Positions 49,956 through 59,993 of a stretch of DNA of 64,000 nucleotides are shown here, piece by piece. Numbering within the stretch: the stretch's first letter is position 1; each line of letters opens with the position of its first letter. The position numbers and the translations under genes were made by a program. This DNA comes from Dehalococcoidia bacterium (lineage in GTDB: Bacteria > Chloroflexota > Dehalococcoidia > Plut-88900), in NCBI GenBank assembly GCA_965197645.1, contig OZ240219.1, positions 192,001 to 256,000 on the forward strand, in the 5' to 3' direction. Under the pieces are notes generated by a model. The model saw nothing but the letters and a program-made list of their open reading frames with translations. It ran no database searches and was not told the DNA's origin.

Positions 49956-50788
49956 ATCTTGCCTGTCAAGCCAACCTTTTCAGCCGTGGTGAGCCGCACC
50001 CTGCAGTTGAAAACATCGTACCCCCGGGCTTCTATCCTGTCCAATAGCTTGATATAAAGGCCCTGCAGCACTGCAGGACACAACCTTGATCTGGCGTCCA
50101 GCAAAGGCAGAAGGTCCCGGCTCCTGGCGAAGTACTCCCTGGCCCGGGCCACCTGGAACTTCATCATCTCAACGAAATCGCCGCTGACGGTCCCGCTGGT
50201 CAAATCATTCTCTGAGTAGCGGAACCTGTCCAACTCGTCCTGAGGTACGTAAATCCTATCCCTGCCGCGGTCTTCCTCGATATCCCGAAGGATGTTGGTC
50301 AGCTGCATGGCGATGCCCATGTCGATGGCGTAGTCACGGGCCCGCTCGTCCCTGTAGCCGAAAATCTGAATGCAGATCAGGCCCACCACGGAGGCGACCC
50401 GGTAGCAGTACTGGCGAAGCTCCTCGAACGTATCGTAGCGGGTGGTGGTCAGGTCCATCTCGACGCCGCTGATGACGTCTTCCAGGTACTCGAGGGGTAT
50501 ATCGTACTTGCGAACGGCATCCATCAGGGCGATGAAAACGGGTCCGTTGGGTTCCCCCCGAAACGCTTGATGGAGCTGTTTGCGGTACTCCTCGAGCAGA
50601 CGGGTCTTCTCTTCCAGGGCGGCCTCTTCGTCGCTGTAGTCGTCACACTGGCGGCAGAAGGCGTAGGCGGCGTAGATGCCCAGCCGTTTGGGTCGAGGGA
50701 GGGCAACGAAGGCGTAGTAGAAGTTCTTCGCCCTTTTGCGGGTCACGCGGCGGCAATGCTCGTATGCCTGCTGGAGTGAGTACTCCAT
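49904..50788 (-). CDS. hpnD: presqualene diphosphate synthase HpnD
   Basis: NFYYAF, YAFCR..DD, YCYRVAS.VG, QLTNILRD..ED. Confidence 0.9.
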   Translation of the reverse strand: MEYSLQQAYEHCRRVTRKRAKNFYYAFVALPRPKRLGIYAAYAFCRQCDDYSDEEAALEEKTRLLEEYRKQLHQAFRGEPNGPVFIALMDAVRKYDIPLEYLEDVISGVEMDLTTTRYDTFEELRQYCYRVASVVGLICIQIFGYRDERARDYAIDMGIAMQLTNILRDIEEDRGRDRIYVPQDELDRFRYSENDLTSGTVSGDFVEMMKFQVARAREYFARSRDLLPLLDARSRLCPAVLQGLYIKLLDRIEARGYDVFNCRVRLTTAEKVGLTGKIWLKTLSESLLDPRSWS

Positions 50789-50803
50789 ATGCTCACGAGG
50801 CGC

Positions 50804-51712
50804 TTATCCCCCGTGGAGTAGCCCTTTCGTAAGAGTGCGAAGGCGGTGCTTGAGCAGCACAGGAGCGAACAGCCTGGCTTTATCGAACCCGGAGAGGGCG
50901 GGACGGCGGCTCAACACGTCGTAGCCGCTCTGCTCGATGGCGTCCAGCACCTTCATCCCTCCCCTGCTGAACAGCTCCAGGTCCACCTTCAGCCCGTCGG
51001 ATACCAGGCCTACCAGTTCGATCCCCTGGTGGAAAAGCTGTCTGGCCCGGTCCACCTCGAAGGCCATCAGATCTCTGAACCTATCGTTGCGGCGTTTCGC
51101 TCTCAGGTCCTCTTCCGTGTATCCAAAGCGGTCCATATCCTCTAGGGGGATGTAGATTCTTCCCATGCCGAAGTCCCTGGAGACGTCCTGCCAGAAGTTG
51201 GCCAGCTGGAGAGCCGTGCAGGTGGCGTCGGCCAGCTGCTGGCGCTTCACATCCCTGTACCCGAACAGGTAGAGTACCATGTGGCCCACCGGGTTGGCCG
51301 AGTGGTCGCAGTAGTAGAGCAGATCGGAATAGGCGGGAAATCTATGCAGGCGCTGGTCCATCCGGTTGGCCTCGATCAGCTTGAGAAAGGGCTCCCGCGG
51401 TATCTCGAACCGCCGGATGGTAGTCTGAAGAGCCACCAGCACCGGATGCAGGGGCCGGCCTTCATAGCACCTGACCAAATCCTGCTGCCACTCGTCCAGC
51501 TGGGCCAGCCTATCGCCCTCCACTTCGTCGCCCAGATCGTCGACGGTGCGGCAGTAGGCGTAGACGTTGAAGAAGTGTTGCCGCAACTTCCTCGGCAACA
51601 GCCATGAACCGACGGTAAAGTTCTCGTAATGGGTCCTGGCGAGCCGTTCGCAGTACCGAAGACCCTCTTCCAAGGAGACTGTGGAGCCGACGGTCTGGAC
51701 TGTGAAGGCCAT
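50804..51712 (-). CDS. hpnC: hydroxysqualene synthase HpnC
   Basis: HYENF.V.S, DDLGDE, SANPVG, CTALQLANFWQDV. Confidence 0.93.
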   Translation of the reverse strand: MAFTVQTVGSTVSLEEGLRYCERLARTHYENFTVGSWLLPRKLRQHFFNVYAYCRTVDDLGDEVEGDRLAQLDEWQQDLVRCYEGRPLHPVLVALQTTIRRFEIPREPFLKLIEANRMDQRLHRFPAYSDLLYYCDHSANPVGHMVLYLFGYRDVKRQQLADATCTALQLANFWQDVSRDFGMGRIYIPLEDMDRFGYTEEDLRAKRRNDRFRDLMAFEVDRARQLFHQGIELVGLVSDGLKVDLELFSRGGMKVLDAIEQSGYDVLSRRPALSGFDKARLFAPVLLKHRLRTLTKGLLHGG

Positions 51713-53635
51713 TCAGCCACCTCTGCCGTTGGACGACGACAGCCGCTTGTACCGTCCCAGGGCTATCAGCGGAAAGTAGGTGCGATACATATGATACTTG
51801 ATGAGAAAGTCCCTGGGGAATCCCGTGCCTGTGAAGTGATCTTCTTCCCACGTCCCGTCCTCGCCCTGGTGATCCAGCAGATAGTTTATGCCCCACCCTA
51901 CTGCGGCGGAATCGGTCTCCCCGGCTGCCATGAGCCCAAGCAATGCCCACGCCGTCTGCGATGCGGTGCTGGGCCCTCGGCCCCTCTGGGAAGGGTCATC
52001 ATAGGTGGCGCAGGACTCGCCCCACCCGCCGTCGGGCTGCTGGTAGTCCCTCAGCCACTGCACTGCGCGCTGAATGTAAGGCTGGCCCATATCCTCGCCT
52101 ATCTCCTTCAGTGCGGGCAGCACGGCGCCCAAGCCGTAGATGTAGTTGACGCCCCAGCGTCCGAACCACGCGCCGTCGTATTCCTGTTCCCGCTTCAGAT
52201 AGTCGAGGCCCCTGCCCACGGCCTGAGAGGTCTCCGGTTTACTTCCCTCCATACCCAGGAACTCGAGCACGTGGGCCGTTACATCCTCAGTGGGCGGATC
52301 GATGGTCTCACCGAAATCGCAGAAAGGTATCTTCGTCACGAACCTCTTGGTGTTGTCTTTATCGAATGCGCCCCATCCCCCGTTCCGGCTCTGCATGCCC
52401 AGCACCCAGTCGGCTCCTAGTTTCATCGCCTGGTCTTTCTCGTCCTGGGGCAGGTCCAGCAGCCGGAGGGCTATGAGAACCTCGGCAGCGTCGTCGATGT
52501 CGGGATACAGGTCATTATGGAACTGGAATGCCCAACCCCCGGGCTCCAGATCGGGCGCCTTGACACGCCAATCGCCCGCAACGGTGATCTGCTCGTCCAG
52601 CAGCCACTCTCCGGCCTTGAGCAACAATGGGTCGTCAGCCTCCATGCCCGATTCCCGGAGAGCGATGACGGACCAGGCGGTGTCCCACACCGGGCTGACG
52701 CAGGACTGGGTCCGGAAGGTGCCGTTCTCACTGATGGCGAACCCACGGAACCCCTCCAGCCCTTTGGCCATGACCGGGTGATCGACGGGATACCCCAGGC
52801 AATGAAGCGCCATCAGCGAGTAGACCCACGGAGGCTGGATGCCTGCCCAGCTCCCGTCCGGGTTCTGGTGCTCAAGTATCCACTGCTCCGCTTTTTTGAT
52901 GGCCTTCCCCCGGCCCGGCTTCAACGGGATCCGTTCCCAGACACGTAGGCCCTTGTCCAGCCAGATGAAGAAGGACTGCCAGCCTATTCCGGATGGTTTG
53001 CCGCGAACGGTGTATTTGAGTGGGCCGGAATCGGCGGGGAACAGCTCGTCGATTCGAGCGTATTCGGGTACCTCCCGCACGGGACGCTTGTTGAGAATTA
53101 TCAGCATCGCAATGATGGTGGGCCTGGCCCACGAGGAGAACTCGTACAGGTTGAAGGGTAGGGCCGTGGGCAGGAACATGATCTCCGGGGGCATCACCGG
53201 CGTGGCGTCCCAGGGCCACTGCCCAAACAGGGCCAGCCAGATCTTGGTGAAATTGCGGACCTTGGGAACACCGCCCCGGGACAGGATAAACTCCCGGGCT
53301 TTGGCCATAAAAGGCTCGTTGGGAGATTCGCCGGCCAGCTTCAATGCAAAGTAAGCCTCGACGGTTGCATTGAGGTCGCTGGGGCCACCGAAGTAGATCG
53401 GCCACGTGCCGTCGCCTCCTTGCGTCCTCTTGAGGTAGTTGACTATCTGGTCCCACCGCTCCCCATCGGCTACGTCCAGGAAGTGAGTAAGCATGAGGTA
53501 CTCGGAGGTGATGGTAGCGTTGGCTTCCAGTTCCGCCCACCAGTACCCGTCATCATATTGCCGATCGAGGAGATAGTCCTGGCAGCGCTTTATGGCCCAG
53601 CTCAGGTTCTCGGCGTCGGTCCTGGTACCAGTCAT
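51713..53635 (-). CDS. shc: squalene-hopene cyclase
   Basis: YPDIDD (DxDD), SPVWDT, QW repeats, GRWGVNYIYG, TGTGFP. Confidence 0.96.
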   Translation of the reverse strand: MTGTRTDAENLSWAIKRCQDYLLDRQYDDGYWWAELEANATITSEYLMLTHFLDVADGERWDQIVNYLKRTQGGDGTWPIYFGGPSDLNATVEAYFALKLAGESPNEPFMAKAREFILSRGGVPKVRNFTKIWLALFGQWPWDATPVMPPEIMFLPTALPFNLYEFSSWARPTIIAMLIILNKRPVREVPEYARIDELFPADSGPLKYTVRGKPSGIGWQSFFIWLDKGLRVWERIPLKPGRGKAIKKAEQWILEHQNPDGSWAGIQPPWVYSLMALHCLGYPVDHPVMAKGLEGFRGFAISENGTFRTQSCVSPVWDTAWSVIALRESGMEADDPLLLKAGEWLLDEQITVAGDWRVKAPDLEPGGWAFQFHNDLYPDIDDAAEVLIALRLLDLPQDEKDQAMKLGADWVLGMQSRNGGWGAFDKDNTKRFVTKIPFCDFGETIDPPTEDVTAHVLEFLGMEGSKPETSQAVGRGLDYLKREQEYDGAWFGRWGVNYIYGLGAVLPALKEIGEDMGQPYIQRAVQWLRDYQQPDGGWGESCATYDDPSQRGRGPSTASQTAWALLGLMAAGETDSAAVGWGINYLLDHQGEDGTWEEDHFTGTGFPRDFLIKYHMYRTYFPLIALGRYKRLSSSNGRGG

Positions 53636-54630
53636 GCAGCTGCCCTCATCTGGGGACGCCGTCGAAACCAGTCCACCGCTTCCTCCAGACCCTCCTCGAT
53701 AGGCGTCTGAGGCATACCCAGCTCCCGTACCGCCTTCGACGGATCGAAGTACATCGGCTTCCGGGCCATTCGGACTCCGGCAAGAGGGATCCTCGGCTCC
53801 CTGTTCAACAGGCCGGCGGAGAACCAGTTCTCCAGGCGAGCTGCTCCCAGGGCCAGCCAGTAGGGCATGCGGAACACCGGCGCCGCCCTCCCGACAGTCT
53901 CGGCCAGCATCTGAAACAGCTCTTTGAGGCTGGCGTTCCGGTTGCCGAGGATGTACTTTTCACCGGTCACCCCCTTCTGCAGTGCCTGTATGTGCCCTCT
54001 GGCCACGTCCCTCACGTGCACCACGTTCAGGCCGGTGTCCATGTACGCCGGCATCCGACCTTCGATGAAGTCCAGTACGATCCTGCCGGTAGGAGTGGGT
54101 TTCACGTCAAAGGGGCCCACCGGCGCCGTCGGGTTCACGGTCACCAGATCCAACCCCTTGGACAAGTATTTCCGCGACTCGATCTCAGCCAGGTACTTGG
54201 TCAGGTGATATCCATCCACCAGATCGTCGATACCGGCAGTACTGGTCTCGTTCGGATAGGCGCCGCCGCTCCAGTGCCCAAAGACCGAAGCGGTGCTGGT
54301 ATACACCACTCGCTCCACTTTGGCTTCGACCGCGGCATCCAGTACGTTCCGGGTCCCCTCAACGTTGACCCTGTCATGGGCCTTGGGATCACGACTCCAC
54401 AGCCTATAGAGGGCCGCTACGTGAAACACCACGTCGCATCCCTCGATGGCGCGAGTGAGGGAGGCCTTGTCCAGGAGGTCGCCGGTCACCGTTTCCAAGT
54501 CTACGTCGCGTATGGCAAGGGTATCGCTGCGGGGCCTGACCAATGCTCGGACTGGGAAGTTGTCCTTCACCAGCTCCCTGACCACGTTGGCTCCTATGAA
54601 GCCAGTGGCTCCCGTGACCAATGCCCTCAA
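53632..54630 (-). CDS. hpnA: hopanoid-associated NAD-dependent epimerase/dehydratase HpnA
   Basis: TGATGFIG, HVAALY.LW, Y..TK, PVGP.D.KPTPTG, DTGLN. Confidence 0.9.
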   Translation of the reverse strand: MRALVTGATGFIGANVVRELVKDNFPVRALVRPRSDTLAIRDVDLETVTGDLLDKASLTRAIEGCDVVFHVAALYRLWSRDPKAHDRVNVEGTRNVLDAAVEAKVERVVYTSTASVFGHWSGGAYPNETSTAGIDDLVDGYHLTKYLAEIESRKYLSKGLDLVTVNPTAPVGPFDVKPTPTGRIVLDFIEGRMPAYMDTGLNVVHVRDVARGHIQALQKGVTGEKYILGNRNASLKELFQMLAETVGRAAPVFRMPYWLALGAARLENWFSAGLLNREPRIPLAGVRMARKPMYFDPSKAVRELGMPQTPIEEGLEEAVDWFRRRPQMRAAA

Positions 54631-55361
54631 GACAGGTCCCCCGCATGAAGGAAGCCGGCGGCGAAGATTGCCAGGTTACCGCTTGCGATCTTGGAGCTTC
54701 TCGACAGCCGGACCATGGGATAGATGTTCAGGGGATGGGTGGCAGCGTAAGTGAGGGCTCGACAGGTGGAGACCTGTCCCGTGGAATCCAGGATTGAAGC
54801 AAAGTTGGGAAGGCGCTGGTCAACGGTATCTGTAATTGCACGGACGACCAGCACCGGCAGATCGAACACAGCCGCGGCCTCGACCACCGGGTAGCTCTCC
54901 ATATCGATGGCCTCGACCCCGAGCTGCTCACCGATGAGCCGCTTGGCTTCGGGGTCGCTGATCGGCTCCGATACCGTTGCGCCAGGCCCCTCTCGGTAGG
55001 CTAGCCCAGCATCATCGAGGGTCTTGCGGGCCTTCTCCAACAACCCCTGGCTGCAGGTCAGAGAGCTGTCCTGGCGGCGTGCCTCGGTGTACAGGACCAG
55101 GTCCCCGGCTCTAGCCTGGCTGGAGGCTCCACCTGCGTACCCCATGCACACCAGGGCCTCCGGCTTGCACTTCTCTCGGAGCAAGGTCACCATCTCCCGG
55201 GACCTCTGCCCTCCGATACCAACCGTCGCCAGGGCCAACTCTTTGTCTCTATAGCTCCCTTCGATCAGATCTAGTCCCTCCATCTTGATGTGTGATTTGC
55301 GGTTCAGCGCCTTTTCGATTCCGGAAAGCTCTCGCCTCATGGCTGCAACAATGGCTAGCAA
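54627..55361 (-). CDS. hpnG: nucleoside phosphorylase-like HpnG (adenosylhopane nucleosidase)
   Basis: G.AGG, GDLV, AIDMES, VRAITD; position in hpn cluster. Confidence 0.75.
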   Translation of the reverse strand: MLAIVAAMRRELSGIEKALNRKSHIKMEGLDLIEGSYRDKELALATVGIGGQRSREMVTLLREKCKPEALVCMGYAGGASSQARAGDLVLYTEARRQDSSLTCSQGLLEKARKTLDDAGLAYREGPGATVSEPISDPEAKRLIGEQLGVEAIDMESYPVVEAAAVFDLPVLVVRAITDTVDQRLPNFASILDSTGQVSTCRALTYAATHPLNIYPMVRLSRSSKIASGNLAIFAAGFLHAGDLS

Positions 55362-55380
55362 TCCCGGTCCACCACTCAGA

Positions 55381-55728
55381 TCAGGCCGGATCGTCCCGCA
55401 AGTTGGACTTCGCTTTCATTCGCCGCTTGCGTTCCTGCCACGCCTCGTAAGACTTGCCTGCCGCCGTGTCTTTGCCGGTGAACAGGATGTTATCTATCTG
55501 GGAGTAAGGAAGCGAGAACGGCCCGGCTCCCGACTCATCGAAATACTCGATAAGTGAGTCGTCCCCGCTGCTGTTTCGGTTGAAAATGTACCCGACGGTC
55601 TCTGTGCCATCGGTCTTACGGATGGTCGTGTTGCCTCGATAGTCGTAGGCTATGTCGATAATCCGGGAGATGGTCAGGTCTCCCCCCGGTTCCGGTATCC
55701 AGCCCTCCAGACTCTTCTCTCCCGGCAT
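55381..55728 (-). CDS. conserved hypothetical protein, possible Sm/LSm-like fold
   Basis: AYDYRGNTTIRKTDGTETVGYIFNR ... LPYSQIDNILFTGKDTAAGKSYEAW. Confidence 0.65.
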   Translation of the reverse strand: MPGEKSLEGWIPEPGGDLTISRIIDIAYDYRGNTTIRKTDGTETVGYIFNRNSSGDDSLIEYFDESGAGPFSLPYSQIDNILFTGKDTAAGKSYEAWQERKRRMKAKSNLRDDPA

Positions 55729-55748
55729 AACAGACCCTTACTCCGGCC

Positions 55749-56771
55749 TCAAAGCTTGCCCGTCATCGTGGCAACCGCCGAGTTCTTGAGTCCCTTCCAG
55801 GTGGAGAATGTGCTGTCCACGGCCGTGGGCTCGAAGCCGCAGTGGACCATGCAGTCCATGCACTTCGGGTTGCCGCTCCGCTTGCCGTAGTCCTCCCATA
55901 GCGTCTCTTCCAGAAGCTCCTTGAAGCTGTGGGCATACCCTTCCTGGAGAAGGTAACAGGGCCGCTGCCACCCGAACATGTTGTAGGTGGGGTTGCCCCA
56001 GGGAGTGCATTCGTAGTCATGCTTGCCCATGAGAAACTGGAGAAACAGGGGAGACTGGTTGAACCGCCAACCCCGCTTCTTGTCTTCTAGTATCTCTGCG
56101 AAGAGCTGGTTGGTCCTGGTCCTGCGAAGGAAATGCTCCTGGTCCGGCGCCTTGGAGTAGCTGTAGCCCGGGGACACCATCATCCCCTCGACACCCAGGC
56201 CCATCATTTCGTCGAAAAACTCTCTCACCCTTAGGGGTTGAGCATTATCGAACAGGGTGGTGTTGGTGGTGACCCTGAACCCCCGCTGGACCGCCTCTCT
56301 TATTCCTTCCACTGCCCTGTCATAGGTCCCGTCCTGGCACACCGCCTCATCGTGCTCCTCTTTCAGGCCGTCCATGTGGACGCTGAAGCTCAGGTACTTG
56401 GAGGGTTTGAGCACCCCCTGTTCCAGCTTCTTCTTCAGCAGGATGGCGTTGGTGCACAGGTAGATATACTTCTTGCGGTCCACCAGCTCCTTGACCAGCC
56501 GCTCGATCTCCGGATAGAGCAGCGGCTCTCCTCCGGGGATGCTGACGATGGGCGCTCCACACTCGTCCACGGCCGCCAGGCACTGCTCGACGGTTAGGCT
56601 CTTCTTGAGTATCTGCGGCGGATACTGGATCTTGCCGCAGCCGGCACAGGCCAAGTTGCACTTGAAGAGGGGCTCCAGCATCAGTACCAGGGGGTACCGC
56701 TTCCTCCTGAGCAGCTTCTGCTTCAGGACGTAGCCGGCGACGGTCAACATTTGGGATATTGGTACAGACAT
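55749..56771 (-). CDS. hpnH: adenosylhopene transferase HpnH (radical SAM)
   Basis: RYPLVLMLEPLF.CNLACAGCGKI, SIPGGEPL, CTPWGNPT, GWQRPCYL, C.DCMVHCG.E. Confidence 0.96.
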   Translation of the reverse strand: MSVPISQMLTVAGYVLKQKLLRRKRYPLVLMLEPLFKCNLACAGCGKIQYPPQILKKSLTVEQCLAAVDECGAPIVSIPGGEPLLYPEIERLVKELVDRKKYIYLCTNAILLKKKLEQGVLKPSKYLSFSVHMDGLKEEHDEAVCQDGTYDRAVEGIREAVQRGFRVTTNTTLFDNAQPLRVREFFDEMMGLGVEGMMVSPGYSYSKAPDQEHFLRRTRTNQLFAEILEDKKRGWRFNQSPLFLQFLMGKHDYECTPWGNPTYNMFGWQRPCYLLQEGYAHSFKELLEETLWEDYGKRSGNPKCMDCMVHCGFEPTAVDSTFSTWKGLKNSAVATMTGKL

Positions 56772-56786
56772 AGTGAGATCTAAGTT

Positions 56787-57809
56787 CTAGTGCTCCCGCT
56801 CCAGGAAGAAGGCGGCCAGCCCCTCCAGCTCGCCGCGGGTGGAGGATGAGATTCCCATCGAATCAACACGGGACAGCGCCCTTTCTCGCTGTTCGGCGGC
56901 CAGCGATTGACAGTACTCCCGGGCGCCCAGTCTACCCAGCACGGCCAGCACCTCGTTTACCTTGTCCTCGCTGGGCTCTCCAGCCTGGAATAAACTCTGC
57001 ACCACCTTCCGGTTCTCTCCCGAGGACTCGTGGAGGGCGTAGACCAGGGGAAGGCACATCTTCTTTCGCCGAATATCCGACGCTACGGGCTTGCCGGTGG
57101 TCTCTTCCTTGCCCCATACGCCGAGAACATCGTCCCGTATCTGAAAGACCAACCCCAGCTCCCGCCCGCACTGCTTGAAGGACTGTACGATATCCGGTGA
57201 ATCTACGCCGATCAGCGCTCCGAGATAGAAGGCGCACTCGATCAGAGCGCCCGTCTTCCTGGAAATCATGTCCAGATACTGATCGGTGGTGGTCTCGGTA
57301 CGCTCCTCGAAGCTGATGTCCAGGTACTGCCCTTCTATCATCTCCAGGCAGGCCTTTTCGAGGCCTGCGAGGGCAGATACGAGCTTTTCTTTGGGGTAGC
57401 CGCAACCTCCGTTGACCAAGGTCAGGGTCGCCAGGCCCCGCATGGAATCGCCTGCGTTTATTCCCTGGGCCTTGCCCCATATCGCCCACACCGTCGGCTT
57501 ATGCCGACGCTCTTCGTCGCCGTCCTGAATATCGTCGTGGATCAACGAGAAGTTGTGTACCAGCTCCAGGGATACGGCGGCGGGAAGGGCATCTTCCCAG
57601 TTTCCGCCCACGGCCTCGCAAGCCCACAGGCACATCATCGGCCTCAACCCTTTGCCCGAAGAGCCGGAGATGGAAGCACCGCAATCGTCGACCCAGCCCA
57701 TGTGGTACCGGAGCATGTCGTAGAGGAGTAGGCCGTCGCCATCTATCGAGGCCTTGAGCCTGGCATCCAGTACGGGGACATATTTGTCGAAACTCTTGGG
57801 AAGTGCCAT
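56787..57809 (-). CDS. short-chain polyprenyl diphosphate (FPP/GGPP) synthase
   Basis: GK.LRP, HNFSLIHDDIQD..RR, EGQ.LD, KTG, FQIRDD. Confidence 0.92.
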   Translation of the reverse strand: MALPKSFDKYVPVLDARLKASIDGDGLLLYDMLRYHMGWVDDCGASISGSSGKGLRPMMCLWACEAVGGNWEDALPAAVSLELVHNFSLIHDDIQDGDEERRHKPTVWAIWGKAQGINAGDSMRGLATLTLVNGGCGYPKEKLVSALAGLEKACLEMIEGQYLDISFEERTETTTDQYLDMISRKTGALIECAFYLGALIGVDSPDIVQSFKQCGRELGLVFQIRDDVLGVWGKEETTGKPVASDIRRKKMCLPLVYALHESSGENRKVVQSLFQAGEPSEDKVNEVLAVLGRLGAREYCQSLAAEQRERALSRVDSMGISSSTRGELEGLAAFFLEREH

Positions 57810-57832
57810 AGGGCGAACCGATACTCTAGTAA

Positions 57833-59746
57833 TCAGCTTTTTGAGGAAGGGTTGGTGGGGATCTCACCGAGTGCGGATGCTCCAAACAGGTCCGGGAATG
57901 CCGCCTTTGCTCTGCGGACTATGCCGGGGCCGTCCAGGTCCAGCACCTCCCGGAGCTTGGCTCTGGGCCCATGCTCGATAAACTGGTCCGGCACGCCCAA
58001 CATGCTCATCTTGACTCCCCTGGGCATGATCCGGGATATCAGCTCCGCCACCCCGCTCCCGAATCCCCCCATGAGGACGTGCTCTTCGAGAGTCATTACC
58101 CGACCGGTGCGGCTGGCGCTCTCCAGGATGAGCTTTTCGTCAAGGGGCTTGGCGTAGCGAGCGTTGATCACGGAACATTCAACCCCGCCGGCGGATAGGG
58201 TCTCGGCCGCCTCCATAGCCGGATAGACCATGGATCCGATGGCCAGCAGCGTCAGGTCGTCGCCCTCCCTTAGCTGCTCGCCCGTGCCGATGGGGATGGT
58301 CCGAGGCTCGGTGTCCAACTCGACGCCGTAGCCTGTTCCCCTGGGATATCGCACGGCGATGGGCCCGTCGTGTCGCAGGGCGGTGTGGATCAAATGCTGA
58401 AGCTCGTTCTCGTCCTTGGGAGCAGCGACCACCATGTTGGGAAGACACCGCAAGAACGCTATATCGAATATGCCCTGATGGGTCTTGCCGTCCTCTCCAA
58501 CCAGCCCGGCCCGGTCCACGCCCAGCACCACGGGCAGGTTCTGAACGCACACGTCGTGGACTATCTGATCGAAGGCCCGCTGGAAGAAGGTGGAGTAGAT
58601 GGCCACCACCGGCCTGAGGCCACCGCTAGCCATCCCCGCAGCCTCGGTAACGGCCTGCTCTTCGGCCACTCCGACGTCGAATATCCGCTCGGGGAACCGG
58701 CCCTGCACCTGGTTGAGGCCCGTTCCTTCCAGCATTGCCGCACTCAACCCAACGACTGCTGGGTTGGCCTCCATCTGGCGTTCCAGGGTATCGGCGAAGA
58801 CCTTGGAGTAGGTTGGGGCGCCGCTTACCGATGGCGCCGGCGAGCTGGGTTGGTGGTACTTTATCGGGTCCTCTTCGGCGGGGGAGTAGCCCCGGCCCTT
58901 ATGAGTGATGACGTGGACCAGAGGCGGCTTGTCGGTGTATCGCTTGGCACGTCGGATCACCTTTTCCAGCTCGGAGATATCGTGCCCATCGATAGGACCG
59001 ATATATCTGAACCCCATGTCCTCCCACATCATCTTGGGAAGTATGAGGCCTTCGATACCGTACTTTATCTTCTGCGCCAGCCTCCAGACGAACTCGCCCT
59101 GGGGCAACGCCTTGGCCAACGACCGGCTGCCCTCGACCAGGGATTGAAAGTCGGGCCGCAGGGTTATCTTGTCACGCCAGTTGGTCAGCCACCCTATGTT
59201 CTCGGAGATCGACATTCCGTTGTCGTTGAGTATGACCATCAGGTTGTTGGGGTGCTGGTGAGCGATGTTGTTCAATCCCTCATAGCTGAGGCCCGAGGTC
59301 AGCGCACCATCGCCCAATACGCCCACCACGTACCCGTCTTCATGGGTGAGCTTCAAAGCGGTAGCGACGCCGAGGGCGGCCGCCAGCCCAGTCCCGGCAT
59401 GGCCGGCGCCAAAGGTGTCGTAGGGGCTCTCGGAAGGCTCGGCAAAACCGGACATGCCGCCCATGGTCCTGATCCCCTCGAACTCCTCCTTACGACCGGT
59501 TACCAGCTTGTGGGTGTAGCACTGGTTGCTGGTGTCCCACACTATCCGATCTCTGGGGCAGTCCAAGGCGCGGTGAAGAGCGAGGGTCAACTCGACGATG
59601 CCCAGGTTGGACGCCATGTGGCCACCGTTCTTGGTGATGACATCGATAATCCTCTTGCGGATCTCCTGGGACAGCCGGTCCAGGTCCTTGAAGGAGAGGG
59701 TCTTCAGATCCTTGGGGCCGTCTATCCTGTCCAGTATCTGGGACAT
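57833..59746 (-). CDS. dxs: 1-deoxy-D-xylulose-5-phosphate synthase
   Basis: GGH..SNLG.VELT, GDGA, NDN.MSI, GPIDGH, YSTF.QRA.DQ, DG.THQG, RYPRG. Confidence 0.96.
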   Translation of the reverse strand: MSQILDRIDGPKDLKTLSFKDLDRLSQEIRKRIIDVITKNGGHMASNLGIVELTLALHRALDCPRDRIVWDTSNQCYTHKLVTGRKEEFEGIRTMGGMSGFAEPSESPYDTFGAGHAGTGLAAALGVATALKLTHEDGYVVGVLGDGALTSGLSYEGLNNIAHQHPNNLMVILNDNGMSISENIGWLTNWRDKITLRPDFQSLVEGSRSLAKALPQGEFVWRLAQKIKYGIEGLILPKMMWEDMGFRYIGPIDGHDISELEKVIRRAKRYTDKPPLVHVITHKGRGYSPAEEDPIKYHQPSSPAPSVSGAPTYSKVFADTLERQMEANPAVVGLSAAMLEGTGLNQVQGRFPERIFDVGVAEEQAVTEAAGMASGGLRPVVAIYSTFFQRAFDQIVHDVCVQNLPVVLGVDRAGLVGEDGKTHQGIFDIAFLRCLPNMVVAAPKDENELQHLIHTALRHDGPIAVRYPRGTGYGVELDTEPRTIPIGTGEQLREGDDLTLLAIGSMVYPAMEAAETLSAGGVECSVINARYAKPLDEKLILESASRTGRVMTLEEHVLMGGFGSGVAELISRIMPRGVKMSMLGVPDQFIEHGPRAKLREVLDLDGPGIVRRAKAAFPDLFGASALGEIPTNPSSKS

Positions 59747-59832
59747 AGGCGTCCACCCCCCTTTCGCTCCAAACTCAACTAGATTTACAACAGGAGCGCT
59801 GCTAGCTCGGGTATATCGTCAGCCGAGGTACT

Positions 59833-59861
59833 AGGCTAGCATACGTACCCGATGCCGTCAA
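59833..59861 (-). promoter_or_regulatory. probable promoter of dxs-hpn operon
   Basis: minus strand TTGACG-N17-TAGCCT with extended TG. Confidence 0.5.
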
Positions 59862-59993
59862 ACGCGGAATAGATCTTATCACCGGCCCCCTCCATGCGGA
59901 GGAACCATGGAGTGCCCTGAGAGGTTCAGTGGTCGCCCCACCCCCCGGATTGGTTTACCCTCCCATCCACCCTGGGACGTTCTATACATTGGC

